DNA of 64,000 nt from Lytechinus pictus (Eukaryota), in the NCBI RefSeq assembly GCF_037042905.1, contig NC_087252.1:19656001-19720000 (forward strand), given 5' to 3'. This document shows, one piece after another, positions 27,321 to 40,943 of the stretch; the first letter of the stretch is position 1; every line of letters begins with the position of its first letter. Both the position numbers and the translations under genes were made by a program. The notes under the pieces are model-generated. The model did no database searches. It saw only the letters and a list, made by a program, of their open reading frames with translations, and was not told where the DNA came from.

Positions 27321-29054
27321 GGATCTTTTCATTTTCAAAGAGGGGGTAATATAAAAATACAAATTTGTAATCTGAGACATACTCATTAACAATGATTCAA
27401 AATTAGATTAAAATATTCATTGATAATTACGTATATAGATTTGTTTCTTTACAAGCGTGCTAAAAGGCAATTTCGATGACACTACCAAATATTTGGTGAT
27501 ATTTTCCCCTACAAAGTTATCGACGAGTCGTGACGTCATAATCACCTGTGTCGAGCAGCAGGTGAATTTCGTCGAAAGGCGCTGATATATCACAAATTGG
27601 TCCTAATCCGGATTATACCACCTATTGCGCGAAAGTAATATTCACCAGATATTTTTTATGTTTGTATAAATATCATTTTATTATTTTTCCGTGTGACAAT
27701 GACAATGACAATGACAATGACAATGATTTTATTTCTTTGACGGCCCCTCCTGGGGGCATAGAAGAAATATAACAACTTACAACAATGGCAATAATAGGCA
27801 TAAGAAAAAAATACCAAGGTAACAAGAATCAAACATGATGATAATAAACATATGTACGCCATTTATTTGGTGTCACTTGCCAAATTAAAATAACGAAATC
27901 TCTCTACTGTTTTCTAAGGCCTACGCACGGGGGGCCACTTACATTGACGGGTGGATACCATGCGCGACCAAAAAAAACACGGAAAAAGGATGTCTTTTTC
28001 AAGATAGGGCACGTTACGTACGTTACGTAAAAAGGGTGTAAAAAACACTTAGGGTATCTATTTTCGCTGCGCGACAGAGAAATGATATAGAAATTCTAGT
28101 ATATTCTGTATTTCATGATAAAACCTATTTAATTTGAAATTCATTTCACCCCATCGCGGATATTCTTGATTTAAAGTGAATAAAAATAGAAGAGGCATTA
28201 CTATTATACACATTACACTGGTAATATGCAAATAAAAAAGCCGATGATGTCATATACATTCAGCTTTTTTTTTATATAGGCCTACATTTACAAGAAAATG
28301 GATATGAAAGTAAATAATTTGAATAAATCGTCATTAGGTACAATGGCACTCCACTAAACTATTCAAAACGTTTAACCAATGAAACAATAATATTTCATAA
28401 TTAAGTAAAAAAGAAAAAAAGTGAGTGACTGACATCATGAATATCATATATTTTTTTTATAACATTAAACTGTTTTAAAAAATGTTATTTCAAATAAATC
28501 ATTGGTTATAGGCTTCCAGAGTTTGAATTTTGTAAGGAAAATTATCTTATTAATCTTGTCCTATGTTATTTGATCATATTATTCCGGCAGACATTAAGTG
28601 GTAATTTGGATTTATTTCTTTGTAGTTCCCTTAAAATAAAACATGATAAAAAGTTGACATTTATAGCCACATGTGTGAAATTTGTACCAATATAATGAAA
28701 ACTTATATGCACCTGACTTATTAAAAATTAAAATTAATTAAAAATAAAAGATAAATTCGTTAAATTTTGGTTCCTTTCTCTGCACTCATTTTCTATGCTA
28801 ACGTAATGGTCTTTTGATTTTTTTTCATTCTCAAATTGACGAAAGTTTAGAAAATATTAACGAAACCTATGTCATTTGTATGTGCAGTCAGAATTCTTTA
28901 TCAAGATTGTCACGGTGGAATATTAATAATGAGTTACATTTTAATTTGAGTGAGAAGAAATTTAGAAAGAAAGAAAATAAGAAAGAAAGAAAATTAGGAA
29001 AGAAATTAAGGGAGAAGAAAGAGAGAAAGAAAGGAGTAAGATAGAAAGAAATAG

Positions 29055-29345
<291 letters not shown>

Positions 29346-30296
29346 ACGAAAGAAAGACAAAAATCACTAAACGAGGGGGCGCTGTCCAGATTTACAAGCT
29401 TTACCATTAATTTCATTTACTTGCAATATTTGATATCTTCATTGAATAAAAGTTATCATTAATCTAAAAATAAAAATGTATTTAATGTATGACAGAAAAA
29501 TATAAGCAATCATTAATTTTCTTTTTTACATTGATTCTGTTTGAAATGATATAATAAATACGCACAGAATAGATCTGGATTGAATATGTGCGTTGGGGGA
29601 GGGTATCACTTTTGTTTCTGTTTGTAGAGCCTATAATGTTCACCACTCCCCTCCTTCTTCTTCCTCCTCCTCCTCTTTTTCTTCTTTTTCCTCTTCTTCT
29701 TATTCTTCTTCTTCATTCTCTCAAGTCTTTTTTCTCTATCCACCAGCTCCAGGGGAGAAATCCCTCCATTCACGTAAAGAATCCCGCTGGGGGGGGGGGG
29801 GGGGGGGGGGGGTATTTGAAAATATTTAGTGATGGCCGGCTTTCGGTGATCATTATTTTTATAGTATTAAGTAAAACAATAGGAAAAAAGGGATATGACG
29901 GAAAACTTTTTTTTATAATGTGTAGGCCTATGAATATATAAATATATATATTTGTTTTGTTTTGTTTTGTCTTGTTTTGGGTTAAGTCGGCATTTTATGT
30001 AGGCTTGCTGTACTCCGCCAACTTTGTTGAAAAAAAGTGAGGCACCGAGCAAGCAGGTTATTTATTTATTTTCCAAAAGCTTTTTCGGGGGACGGCCCGG
30101 GGAAGGGGGGTTGGGGCACCCGGGTAAAATATGACGGAAAATACACGAAGTGGGATTGTAGGGGAGAAATTTAATAGAGGGAAACTAAAATGCTAAAATC
30201 ATGGCCCATTAATGTGTACGGGGGCTGACATATCCTATATCAATTTTTATTAATCACAAATGATAAATTTAGCACCCCAAACAAAAACAAATTTAA

Positions 30297-30874
30297 AGGA
30301 CAAGTCCACCCCAACAATAAGTTTATTTTGATAAAAAGAGAAAAATACTACAAGCATAATACTAAAAATGTCATCAAAATTGGATGTAAAATAAGAAAGT
30401 TATGACATTTTAAAGTCTCGCTTAATTTCACAAAAACAGTTATATGCACATCCCGATCGGCATGCAAATGAGGAGACTGATGACGTCATCCACTCACTAT
30501 TTCTTTTGTATTGTATTATGTGAAATATAAAATGTTCTAATTTTCTCCTAGTCATTGTCAAGTGAAACAATGATTAATTCCTCCATGAACGTGGAATTAG
30601 CTCTGTTTAATACTACATGGTTCAGTCAGGTTGGTCCTTATTGTAAAATTAAAAAAAATGAAATATTGTATAATTCAAACAATAGAAAACAAAACAAACA
30701 TCATCATGTCTCATTTGCATGTCACTGAGTTGTGCATTTCACTGTTTTGTGAAAAATAAGCGAAACTAAAATGTGATAACTTTTATATTCAATTTTGATG
30801 AATTTTCGGCGTTATGCTAATTTGATTTTTCTCTATTCATTCAAATCAATATTTTTCTGGGGTGGACTTGAGCT
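30297..30874. mobile_element. Kolobok-like family A MITE
   Basis: TTAA-AGGACAAGTCCACCCC...GGGGTGGACTTGAGCT-TTAA. Confidence 0.8.
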
Positions 30875-31324
30875 TTAACCAAAAAAAAAAGAAAGAAAGA
30901 AAAGAAAATATAAACACCATCAATTAAAAGCACTGGCATACAGATGGGGGGGGGGGGCTTAGGGGCCATGGACCCTCCAAAGTTTTCACGACCAAGAAAA
31001 CAAAAGAGAAAATGGGAAAAGGTAAATGAAAAGGGTGAAATATATTATTTTCTGAATAATTTATGTCAAAAAGGTATGACAGTTGTTTTTTTTTATTCAA
31101 AGAAAAAGTCGAAATTTCTGATCGCTCTCTCTACACCCTCGCAGCCTTTTTTTTAAAACTTTTTAAACCTCGGCTTAAACTGTCTGGTCGCTTATCATTA
31201 TTATTTTTTTTTGGGGGGGGGGGGCATTACTCACTGCCAAAAAGCTAAATTGTAATGGAATTTCCACAAACTTGTAAAAATGTCCACTAATCTCTGGCTC
31301 CCTCTAGTGTTCACCATTATACAG

Positions 31325-31354
31325 TCTTTTTCGTTGAACTCAACAGACAGCAAG
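31325..31354 (+). promoter_or_regulatory. Probable RPS19 TCT/5'TOP start site and non-coding exon 1
   Basis: TCTTTTTC pyrimidine tract then CAAG/gtacgc donor. The RPS19 ATG directly follows an acceptor AG, so an upstream non-coding exon is required. Confidence 0.6.
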
Positions 31355-32005
31355 GTACGCGACTTGAAAATTATGTATAAAAAATGATGAAATTATATAA
31401 TATAGAGCCTTGTATGCCACTAATAAACATTACAGATTAGTTAACGCACTATCCTAGAGTGGGTTTATATACAAAATAAGAGGTTGTGTGTGATATTTTG
31501 GGGATTATTGAGTCGATTTGATAGGAAATGATCGAATGCTCGGCGTTCTGTCCTGGCACACGTGTGTATAGAGTATGGTGCAGCTGCAGCGTGAATTTGT
31601 GCACACTGCAGTTGCAACTTGCAATGCACGTCACGGAGAAATACGACATGTAATGTGTATTCGTCATGTTCGTGCACTGCACTGAAAGCAAGTGTCTTCC
31701 GAATGAGTGCTGTGTGAAGTACGGTACCAAATTTGAATAAATTGTAATGTACCTTTTGTAACCTTTACAGTGCAGTGTCAGTGTGGCAGTGAATGTCTTT
31801 GAGTTTGAATTGATGAGAGGTGTCTCAATTGATTTGAATTTGCCTGTTTGGTTTGATCCAGTTCGGGCATTTTCACTGACGCGCAACGCTGGCAATGGTG
31901 GCATACACTAGTCATTACAATAATAGTTTTAGACATGATAAAAGTTATATCAATGTAAACTAATGCTTCATGTGCTAGTAAGCATGGCAATTTTGTGGAG
32001 AGGGG

Positions 32006-32967
32006 TAGCCTGGAGGCGTCTGGGGAGTGAAAGTATGTACTGTACGTATGGTCACTCCCCTAACGCCTGGCGTTGTGATGTATAGACTCCTACGTACCGA
32101 GGGAAAAGGCAACTATAAAAATGCGCCAAACTGCTAGTTATGTTTAGAATCTGAGGTCACGACTGCTGTACATGGGGAACAATATTGGTTGGCAACGTTT
32201 GGCAAAAAATGGATGGTAATGCCAATGGTTATAAAAAAGACGAATAAATTATATGAAGTAATAAAAGTAGAAGAGAGTTTACTTACACTTGTTGACATCG
32301 CCATCTTTGATCCTTTGTTAATGCAACCTAGTTACGTGATGGGTATAGAGGGCGGCAAAATCATGAGCGGTGCTATCTTAAAAAGTGCTAAAATGTCCCG
32401 CTTCAACCACTGAACTATAAATACGTGGAAGTCGTGTACACCCAAGCAAAACATCGCCGGCGAACTCGATAAGTCACGTGACCGCCGCCATTTTGCTAGG
32501 TCAATTGTTCGAGAACGCGCCGTAGAAGGCAAGATGCAATATGTTTTCTCTATGTAGTTCTAGTTCAGTGGTTGAAGCGGGACATTTTAGCACTTTTTAA
32601 GATAGCATCGCTCATGATTTTGCCGCCCTCTATACGCGTCACGTAACTAGGTTGCATTAACAAAGGATCAAAGATGGCGATGTCAACAAGTGTAAGTAAA
32701 CTCTCTTCTACTTTTATTACTTCATATAATTTATTAGTCTTTTTTTATAACCATTACCATCCATTTTTTGCCAAACGTTGCCAACCAATATTGTTCCCCA
32801 TGTACAGCAGTCGTGACCTCAGATTCTAAACATAACTAGCAGTTTGGCGCATTTTTATAGTTGCCTTTTCCCTCGGTACGTAGGAGTCTATACATCACAA
32901 CGCCAGGCGTTAGGGGAGTGACCATACGTACAGTATATACTTTCACTCCCCAGACGCCTCCAGGCTA
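32006..32967. mobile_element. 962-bp non-autonomous DNA transposon with ~410-bp TIRs and 8-bp TSD
   Basis: Arms 32006-32417 and 32561-32967 are near-perfect reverse complements; TAG...CTA termini; GAGAGGGG at 31998-32005 and 32968-32975. Confidence 0.93.
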
Positions 32968-33767
32968 GAGAGGGGGTAGGATAATAATGTTGATATTTTG
33001 AACCATAAAAGAGAGAGGCGGTGAGAAAGAGAGAGAAAAAAAAAAAATTGACAATGGTCGAGCATGGTTCTGTTATTTTTTTCAACATTTTTTTTTAACA
33101 AGCTTGTTTCATCATGATCATGAGCTTTTTTTTGTGGGGGGGAGGAAGTGTGAGGAATTGTTAACAAAAAAATTCCATCACTAATTCTTGCTATTGTACA
33201 ATTGTACAGCTGTTCCATGACAAGTTTGAGACAGACCTCTGAGTTTCATTAATTTTTATTTCTTTACTCTTTAGAAATATTGATTTTCATAGACTTTACA
33301 TTATGAAAACGATCATAAATAATTGTATGACATTGAGACTAATAATTAAATCTTCAATCACATTGAAAAATATTCAACAAAGAACAGAAATACGAATTCT
33401 AACAAAATGTGATTAACATGAAATGTAGACTATCATAATCAAGATTAGTTTGTGGCCATCATATGATCTATTCAATAATAAAAAGATTTTTTTTTTTATA
33501 AGAAATATCACATGCCCATATCACGTTGCAACGCTTTCAAGTTAAGGGATTCTAAAAAGCCTTTCGTACAAGTTTTACAATTTGCGCATGAGCAGACGAC
33601 AGTCAATGGACAGAAATTGGAATTTTGTTTTTAATCTCTTAGATGAGCTTGATTATTCATATGTTCTTGTAAAATAAGCTTGTTATTCTATTTAAAAAAG
33701 AGTAACTGCAAGTGTTCAGTAATATTTTAGTATTTGGCAACAGGGTTAATGATATCCAATTAGTTAA

Positions 33768-34253
33768 AGGGGAAGTTCACCCTTACAAAGAGTTAATTGT
33801 GAAAATAGCTGAAAAATATTGGTGAAGGTTTGAGAAATATCCTTTACAGATTAAGAAAGTAAGTAGAATTTCAAGTTTTTGATTTGTGACGTCATAAACG
33901 AGCAGCTGCCCCATGTGTTATGTAATATAAAATGTAAGCATAGATTTCATTTTTTTTTATTGTTTGTGATGATTTATTTTTAATTTTCTGTTTAGGAGCA
34001 GGTGTGAAATGATCTGTGTAGTGATATACTAAGGTACAATAAAAACCATTTTTAATTTTCTGAGAAAGTGACACTTCATTAATTTTTTACCATACAATAT
34101 GGAGGAAAGCTGCTTGCATATGACGTCACAACTCAAGAATTTAGAATTCAAATGACACTATTTTTTGATGGACTTCCGCAAACCTGCAGCAATATTGTTT
34201 ATTATTTTTTCTGCTATTTTTACAATGAACTTTTTGTCAGGGTAAATTTCCCC
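33768..34253. mobile_element. Kolobok-like MITE family C; second copy 47453-47946
   Basis: TTAA-AGGGGAAGTT.ACCC...GGGT.AATTTCCCC-TTAA in both copies. Confidence 0.75.
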
Positions 34254-34931
34254 TTAAAAAATAACAGCAAGTGTTAAAAATGATAGCCAGCTCATTAAAA
34301 GCATACAGTGTGATATAAGCTTCCCAATTATTATAAATATAATGTAACCTACAAGTCGTGTCACCTGGGGCCCGTAACACAAAGTTTAGCAATGATCGTA
34401 GAACATTTTTTCTATGATTGATTGCATGACTAAAATGTACAATCAATTGTAAATATCAAGCGTTCGATCAATCATTATGCTTTGTGTTACGTAGCCCTGG
34501 TCTGAGCAGTGGTTCCTTTACTAGAGCTGAACTTTGCAGATTGCTATACCAGGCAAGCCAAGCTTACCTTTACATAACATCTTTTAGAGCATTGGGTAGA
34601 TATCCAAAATGGGAGAGGTCTTTTTGTAAAAATTTCTCTAGAGCTAATAATGAAATGGTTTATTGTTACACTTCAGGGATTTTAATAAAAAAGATTCGGA
34701 ATCTGCTTTCTAAAACCTACTGCCTAAATCCGCAACATTGGATGAGCTTTAACATTGCAATGAATGGAGATTTTCCAGGTATTTTTTTGTATTTCCAGGG
34801 TTCTTTTGACCATTTCGGGGGCAAAATCGCCCCGAGTCCCCGTGTAAGTTTTCCCTGTTAGTGTTACACTTGTGGTTATTTGATCTAATCTGCCTATTCA
34901 ATTGACCTAGACTATATTTTACTTTTTGCAG

Positions 34932-35109
34932 ATGCCAGGCGGAGGTACGACCGTGAAGGACGTTGACCAGCAAGAGTTTGTGGTGGCGCTCGGCGCCTTC
35001 TTCAAGAAGTCTGGAAAGATGAAGGTCCCTGAGTGGGTTGATATCGTCAAGACCGGAACCCACAAGGAACTGGCTCCTGTTGATCCAGACTGGTTCTACA
35101 CAAGGGCTG
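34932..35109 (+). CDS. RPS19: RPS19 coding exon 1
   Basis: tttgcag/ATG start; G/gtaagt donor. Confidence 0.95.
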
Positions 35110-38100
35110 GTAAGTCAGAGCAGGCCGTAAAGATAAATGCTGGTTTGGTTGTTGTAACGATTTCAAAATGATTTTGTACGAAATGCAATCGAACTACCAC
35201 CCATGTGTCTGTATTTATAAATAAATAAAATATGTGCCAAAGGATTCTGGAAGAAATTGCGTAATTGCTGAGAAATTGGCAAAACAAGCATGAAATTCCA
35301 GCCTGATGTCTAGTCTTCGGAAGAGCTCCTTTTGCGACGGCCTAAGGGTTACGGTTAGGAGTAGGGTTAAAGGACAAGTCCACCCCAACAAGAAATTAAA
35401 TTGATTAAAAAGAAAAAAATCCAAGAAGCATAACACTGAATATTTCATCGAAATCAGATGAAAAATAAGGAATTAATGACATTTTTTTTAGTTTCGCTTC
35501 TGTGATGTTATAGTGATAATCAACCTTGGTTTTACAATTGTTTAAACTGTTAGTAGCATGGGTATGGAACACCAGTGCCCCCAAAAGGGATCTAAATTAT
35601 CAAGACTTGGATTACTATTGATTGTAAATCATCATATGGTATCAGTGTTGTACACAGGTTATGCAATTTTTTTTTTAAATAATAAAACAAAACCCAGGCC
35701 TAGAAATTTCAATTTAATGCCCCTATTGAAGAAATTGTACACTGTGCCTCCAGAAAAATGAGGACTAAAATTGTGTTATATCTTCATTCACATTTCATTT
35801 TAGCTTCTACTGCCCGTCACCTTTACTACCGTGGTGGAGTAGGAGTCAATGCTATTGCCAGGATCTACGGAGGTAAGATAGGTCGCACAGTCTTTATTTT
35901 TCCCCAGATCCAAGATGAAAATAACCTGGGGGATGTTTCACAAATAGTTAATTTTGACTTAGAGTCATGTTTAAATGCCGACGCACACATGTGAAGTGCA
36001 ATATTGGTGATGCCTTCCATACCGCACGTAAATCTTTGTGAAACACCCCCAGTATTCTCAAATTGTAATTCTTGATAAATGATGCACTATTGAACTCATT
36101 CATTTTTGGTGTAACAAAAGCAATTTACATTTTGCACTCATTAGAACCTGCTAGGTAGGACAAACATTGCTTGTTTGACCTTGAAACTCATATTGTGGAA
36201 TAAGCCAGTTCACGGTTAGCTCATGATCAACTTTTCTCAAATAACCTTTGTGATTTTTCATTAGGATAAGCACTATCATTTTCAAATGTAGATGTTGCGT
36301 AAGCTTTACCGGTAGAGTATTCAAATTCTGAGAACAAAAGGCATTGTATAGACCAGGTGACTAGAATAGTACATCAGGGATAAAGTTTGGAAATCTGTTT
36401 TATTGTCTGCCTTTGGCACATTTGACTATTGTTTAGGCTACTGTCAAATACCAGTGATTATGAAGGCTCTATTTATTACTCTTCAGCTTGGATGTGATAA
36501 AATGAACATTTTGAAAGGAATACATGAATAATCATCAAATCACAAATGCCTATGTCAGTGAATTTGAAAGCCACCTTCATGGTTTATCTCCAATGACCTT
36601 TTTCTGCTCATGCGCAGTTTACAACCGTGAACAGGCTTATTCTATGTACGTTATACATTAAATTGAATTGAATTTCACATAAGAATTTGTAAAAGTCTGT
36701 CTTGTGATTGAAAATGCAGCTGTCGACAGATAATAGGAATTTTGTTTCAATATTTTAATTCTATTCATTAAATTTGAAAAGATTCAAATAACTTTGTCAA
36801 AGTTGAATTTATTTTGATGATTTTAAGAGAGATTTGACTAAAAGGAAAATGTCTGTATGTCAGTTGGTTTTCATAATAGCAAAGAAAAACATGAGAGAGA
36901 ATCATGAATAACGAACAGTCTTGCGAAATTCCATCAAAGAATGACAAGAATTTGACAAGTTTTTATTTTCTTAATGTCACATTCAAGCAGCTCCTCCATA
37001 TGAAAAATTGGGAAGCTGCTTGCATGTGATTTCACAAAATAAAAACCTTTACAAATTTATGAGTTTATTATCGTATGATGGTTTTTGTCTCACCTGCATA
37101 GCAGAGTGAGACTATAGGCGCCGCTTTTCCGACGGCGGTGGCGGCGGCGGCGGCGTCAACACCAAATCTTAACCTGAGGTTAAGTTTTTGAAATGACAGC
37201 ATAACTTAGAAAGTATATGGACCTAGTTCATGAAACTTGGCCATAAGGTTAATCAAGTATTACTGAACATCCTGCCTGAGTTTCATGTCACATGACCAAG
37301 GTCAAAGGTCATTTAGGGTCAATGAACTTAGACCATGTTGGGGGAATCAACATCAAAATCTTAACCTAAGGTTAAGTTTTTGAAATGTCATCATAAATTA
37401 GAAAATATATGGACCTAGTTCATGAAACTTATACATAAGGTTAATCAAGTATCACTGAACATCCTGCATGAGTTTCACGACACATGACCAAGGTCAAAGG
37501 TCATTTAGGGTCAATGAACTTTGGCCGAATTGGGGGTATCTGTTGAATTACCATCATAACTTTGAAAGTTTATGGATCTGATTTATGAAACTTGGACATA
37601 ATAGTAATCAAGTATTACTGAACATCCTGTGCAAGGTTCAGGTCACATGATCAAGGTCAAAGGTCATTTAGGGTCAATGAACTTTGGCCAAATTGGGGTA
37701 TTTGTTGAATTACAGCCATAAATTTGAAAGTGTGTTGGTCTAGTTCATAAAACTTGGACATAAGAGTAATCAAGTATCACTGAACATCCTGTGCGAGTTT
37801 CAGGTCACATGAACAAGGTCAAAGGTCATGTAAGGTCAAATAACTTTGGCCACGTTGGGGGTATTTGTTGAATTGCCATCATATCTCTATAAGTGTATTG
37901 GTCTAATTCATAAAACGTGGAAATACGAGTAACCAAGTATCACTGAACATCTTGTGCGAGTTATAGTAGTTTTCAAAATCAGCACTGCTGCTATATTGAA
38001 TCGCGTGATGCAGGTGAGACGGCCAGAGGCATTCCACTTGTTTCATTAAACTGTAACGGATATTTTTTCAGTTAAATTTTCTGCTTGCACTAAAATCAAC

Positions 38101-40500
38101 ATGCCAGGGTAGTGCCTCTGGTAAAAGAGTGAATAACTTGTTTTATGTACTTTGGTCTTAACCCTAACTAGGCCGGGCTTTTTTGGCTGTTCTGTGGCCG
38201 GGGGGGGGGGGGTTGATTCACCCCCCCCCCCCCCCTGAGATCTCGGCCGCCGATCGTGCGAGCGCCGCAAAAATTTACACGCTGGTAGTGTGCGATGTAA
38301 TCTACAAGGCTGTATGGTAAAATTTTCCAAAATAATGAGATTTTATTTTATATGAATTAATTATGCTAATTTATGCATAAATCATAATTTTTTCTCTAAT
38401 TCACTAAATAAAGCTCCTAGTATGCTAATTTTTGGTAAAAATATTCTTTGTAGCATTCTTAACAATCACAATTGAAAAAAACTTCGGTTTGGAAATCAAT
38501 TTCTTATGTATTTTATTGTTTTATGAATTTCTTATGTATTTCTTTGTTTTTCAACCTTTTGTTTTTCTTTGTTTTTTCACCAGCTTTATTGCACAACCTT
38601 TTTGAAGAATAATTATGCTAAAATCAATTGATTTCAGCTGTTCAAAGTAAAAATAATCATATCTTTATGAATAAGATGAGAAAACTCAATTTGCATTGAC
38701 TTTGTACACAAAATCACGTTTTTGAACAATTTTTGGTCTGACATGCACTTATGAAATGTTGCGTAATTTTTTAACCGCGTACCCGGGCGTCGTAAATTTG
38801 GTCTCAAAAGATGCGCGAGACTTAAAAGTATAAACTCTGCGAGTGGCGTGGTCAAAAAATTTCGCGCGGCGGAATGAACGCAGAAAATGTTGAGGGGGGG
38901 GTTGATTCAACCCCCCCCCCCCCCGGCCATTTTAGGGTTAAAAACACTTTGAATTAGATTATTGTATATATGTATTCAACTCACACAGTTAACTCTGCAC
39001 AATTTGAATAATCACCTAATTTGAGACGTGTTATTTACATACTGTGGCCCGTATTCTGATAGCAGGTTTAACTTAAACTCAGGTTTAAAGTTGTGGTTTT
39101 AAGTATGGATAGCCAATTGTTACATTTAAATCACTAACAGTAGAGATATCATATTTCAGCTCATTTTGCTCTCAAATCATTCATAATTGTCTAGGAAGTA
39201 TAAATAGATTATTGTCTTCACCATCGATGAATCAGGAAAGAGTACAGTAAACATAAGAAACATACAACTTAAAGGAGAATGAAACTCTTGGAGCAAGTTA
39301 GCTTTTGTGAAAGCAGAAAAATCAAAGAATAAGATCAACAAAACTTTGAGTAAAATAGGACTAGCAATAAAAGAGTTATGAGCATTTGAATGTCGAGATC
39401 ACTAATGCTATGGAGATCCTCCCATTGGCAATGCGACCAAGATCTGTGATGTCACACACGTACAACTCTCCCATTTGGACACTGAAAATATACCCCAAAA
39501 CATCTCTTTTTGCTCATTCTAATCATATGACAAACGATTCATCAATGATATAATGTTGTGAAACCTCTGTACTTGTCATCTCATAAAGAGAACACCTCAC
39601 CTTGTGATATACTCTATAAAAGTGAGAATATAAGTGAAATAAGTACTAAAGTAATGAGGGAGTTGTACGTGTGTGATATCATAGATCTTGGTCGCATTGC
39701 CGATGGGAGGATCTACATGGCACTAGTGATCTCAATATTCAAATGCTCATAACTTTCTTATTATTCATTCAATCTTCCTCAAACTTTCAACAATATGTTT
39801 CTTTGATTTTTCTCTTTGATATGGATTCAGCTGGTTTCAAGGGTTTCATTCTCCTTTAATAAAAAATTTGATACTTTCTGCTTCCCATACTTAAACCACA
39901 ACTTTAAACGGCGGAACGGATGGGTGTAGGACATGGGCACTCTAGTATCGGTTGCCTTTTGCTTGAAACGCCCTGTAGGCCTATACTTTGTACAAAATTA
40001 TGCTATGTGTGTATGATATGTTATGTCATTTATATCATGGTTAAAATGTTTATGCAAATATATGCCCTATCGGAGGGAAATAAAAAAAGCTTTAAAAAAA
40101 AAAAAAAACTTTAAACCTGAGTTTAAGTCAAACCCGACTTCAGAATACGGGCCTGTAAGTCGAATTCTAGTCAAACATATTTATGTGAGCTGTCTAAAGA
40201 GTTTCAACTGAATAGTTACCTGTAGTAAGTTAATACCATGACCATTTATCAAGTTCAAATCATAGCCAAATAACAAACAATCAAATCATCTTTCATTGTA
40301 TAGGACGCATGCGCCGTGGAACTCGCCCAAGCCATTTCAACAGGGGATCCACCTCCGTTGCCCGCAAGGTTCTCCAGGCTCTCGAAGGCCTCAACATCAT
40401 TGAGAAAGAAGGCAACTGCGGACGTCGCCTTACTAGCCAAGGACAACGTGACCTTGACAGGATAGCAGCCCAGGTCAAATCAAAACAAGGAAGGAAGTAA
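34932..40500 (+). CDS. RPS19: 40S ribosomal protein S19 (eS19), spliced CDS, 147 aa
   Basis: Exons 34932-35109, 35804-35872, 40304-40500 (444 nt). [98 protein letters not shown] at 40805-40810. Confidence 0.97.
35804..35872 (+). CDS. RPS19: RPS19 coding exon 2
   Basis: [22 protein letters not shown]; tttag/gtaaga boundaries. Confidence 0.95.
37082..38043 (+). mobile_element. Helentron-associated (HINE/DINE-like) element with internal tandem repeats
   Basis: T-run, subterminal IR GTCTCACCTGCAT (37087) / ATGCAGGTGAGAC (38008-38020), (GGC)n, ~5 units of 160-190 bp; decayed relative ~60770-61140. Confidence 0.75.
38162..38937. mobile_element. piggyBac-like MITE
   Basis: TTAA-CCCTAA..GGCCGGG ... 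CCCGGCC..TTAGGG-TTAA. Confidence 0.8.
39273..39855. mobile_element. Kolobok-like MITE family B (583 bp)
   Basis: TTAA-AGGAGAATGAAAC...GTTTCATTCTCCT-TTAA. Confidence 0.88.
39910..40106 (+). mobile_element. 5'-truncated poly(A) retroposed insertion
   Basis: AATAAA 40079-84, A-tail, TSD AACTTTAAAC at 39900-09 and 40107-16. Confidence 0.8.
40304..40500 (+). CDS. RPS19: RPS19 coding exon 3
   Basis: [15 protein letters not shown]...[16 protein letters not shown]. Confidence 0.95.
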
Positions 40501-40943
40501 AGTCACATGACCGACCAACCTTGTCACATGACCACCATGTCATGTGATTAACAAGATCAAATGAACTCTGACCACAACCCACATACTCATGAGTCTCCTT
40601 TGACAATGCTTGAACTGTCAAATATCAACTAGTCACCATTATATCAATGACATGTTTATTTGATATGAGATGTTGTCATGGATACTCGTGATGCCCGATA
40701 AACTGACGATCATTTTGGATTGGATAAGGACCCTATCACCTACCCACAAACACCGCACAGTCTGTTGAAGAATTCAGGAACAGAAGGATTTGTTGAGAAT
40801 TTTCAATAAATGCAGTCATTCGTCAAATGTATTTCCCAAGTTTTGCCTACTGTGTTTTTAGATCCAATCTTGTGTGCATGATATTACATTGGGCTTTTTT
40901 TTGCGAATTCAAGGTGGACATTGTAGTAGAGTCTGTCAGACCA

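Larger units (their letters stand above)
39046..40153. mobile_element. Harbinger-like MITE (TSD TGT) carrying two nested insertions
   Basis: Same family as 16915-17228; interrupted at 39273-39855 and 39910-40106. Confidence 0.88.

Noticed and set aside
31449..31904. 151-aa minus-strand ORF near the RPS19 5' end
   Set aside because: No recognisable domain or splice structure; lies in the probable RPS19 first intron.
36244..36342. Possible intronic box C/D snoRNA in RPS19 (TGTGATT...CTGA with a weak terminal stem)
   Set aside because: The C box is non-canonical and I recognise no rRNA-complementary guide; snoscan or Infernal would be needed.
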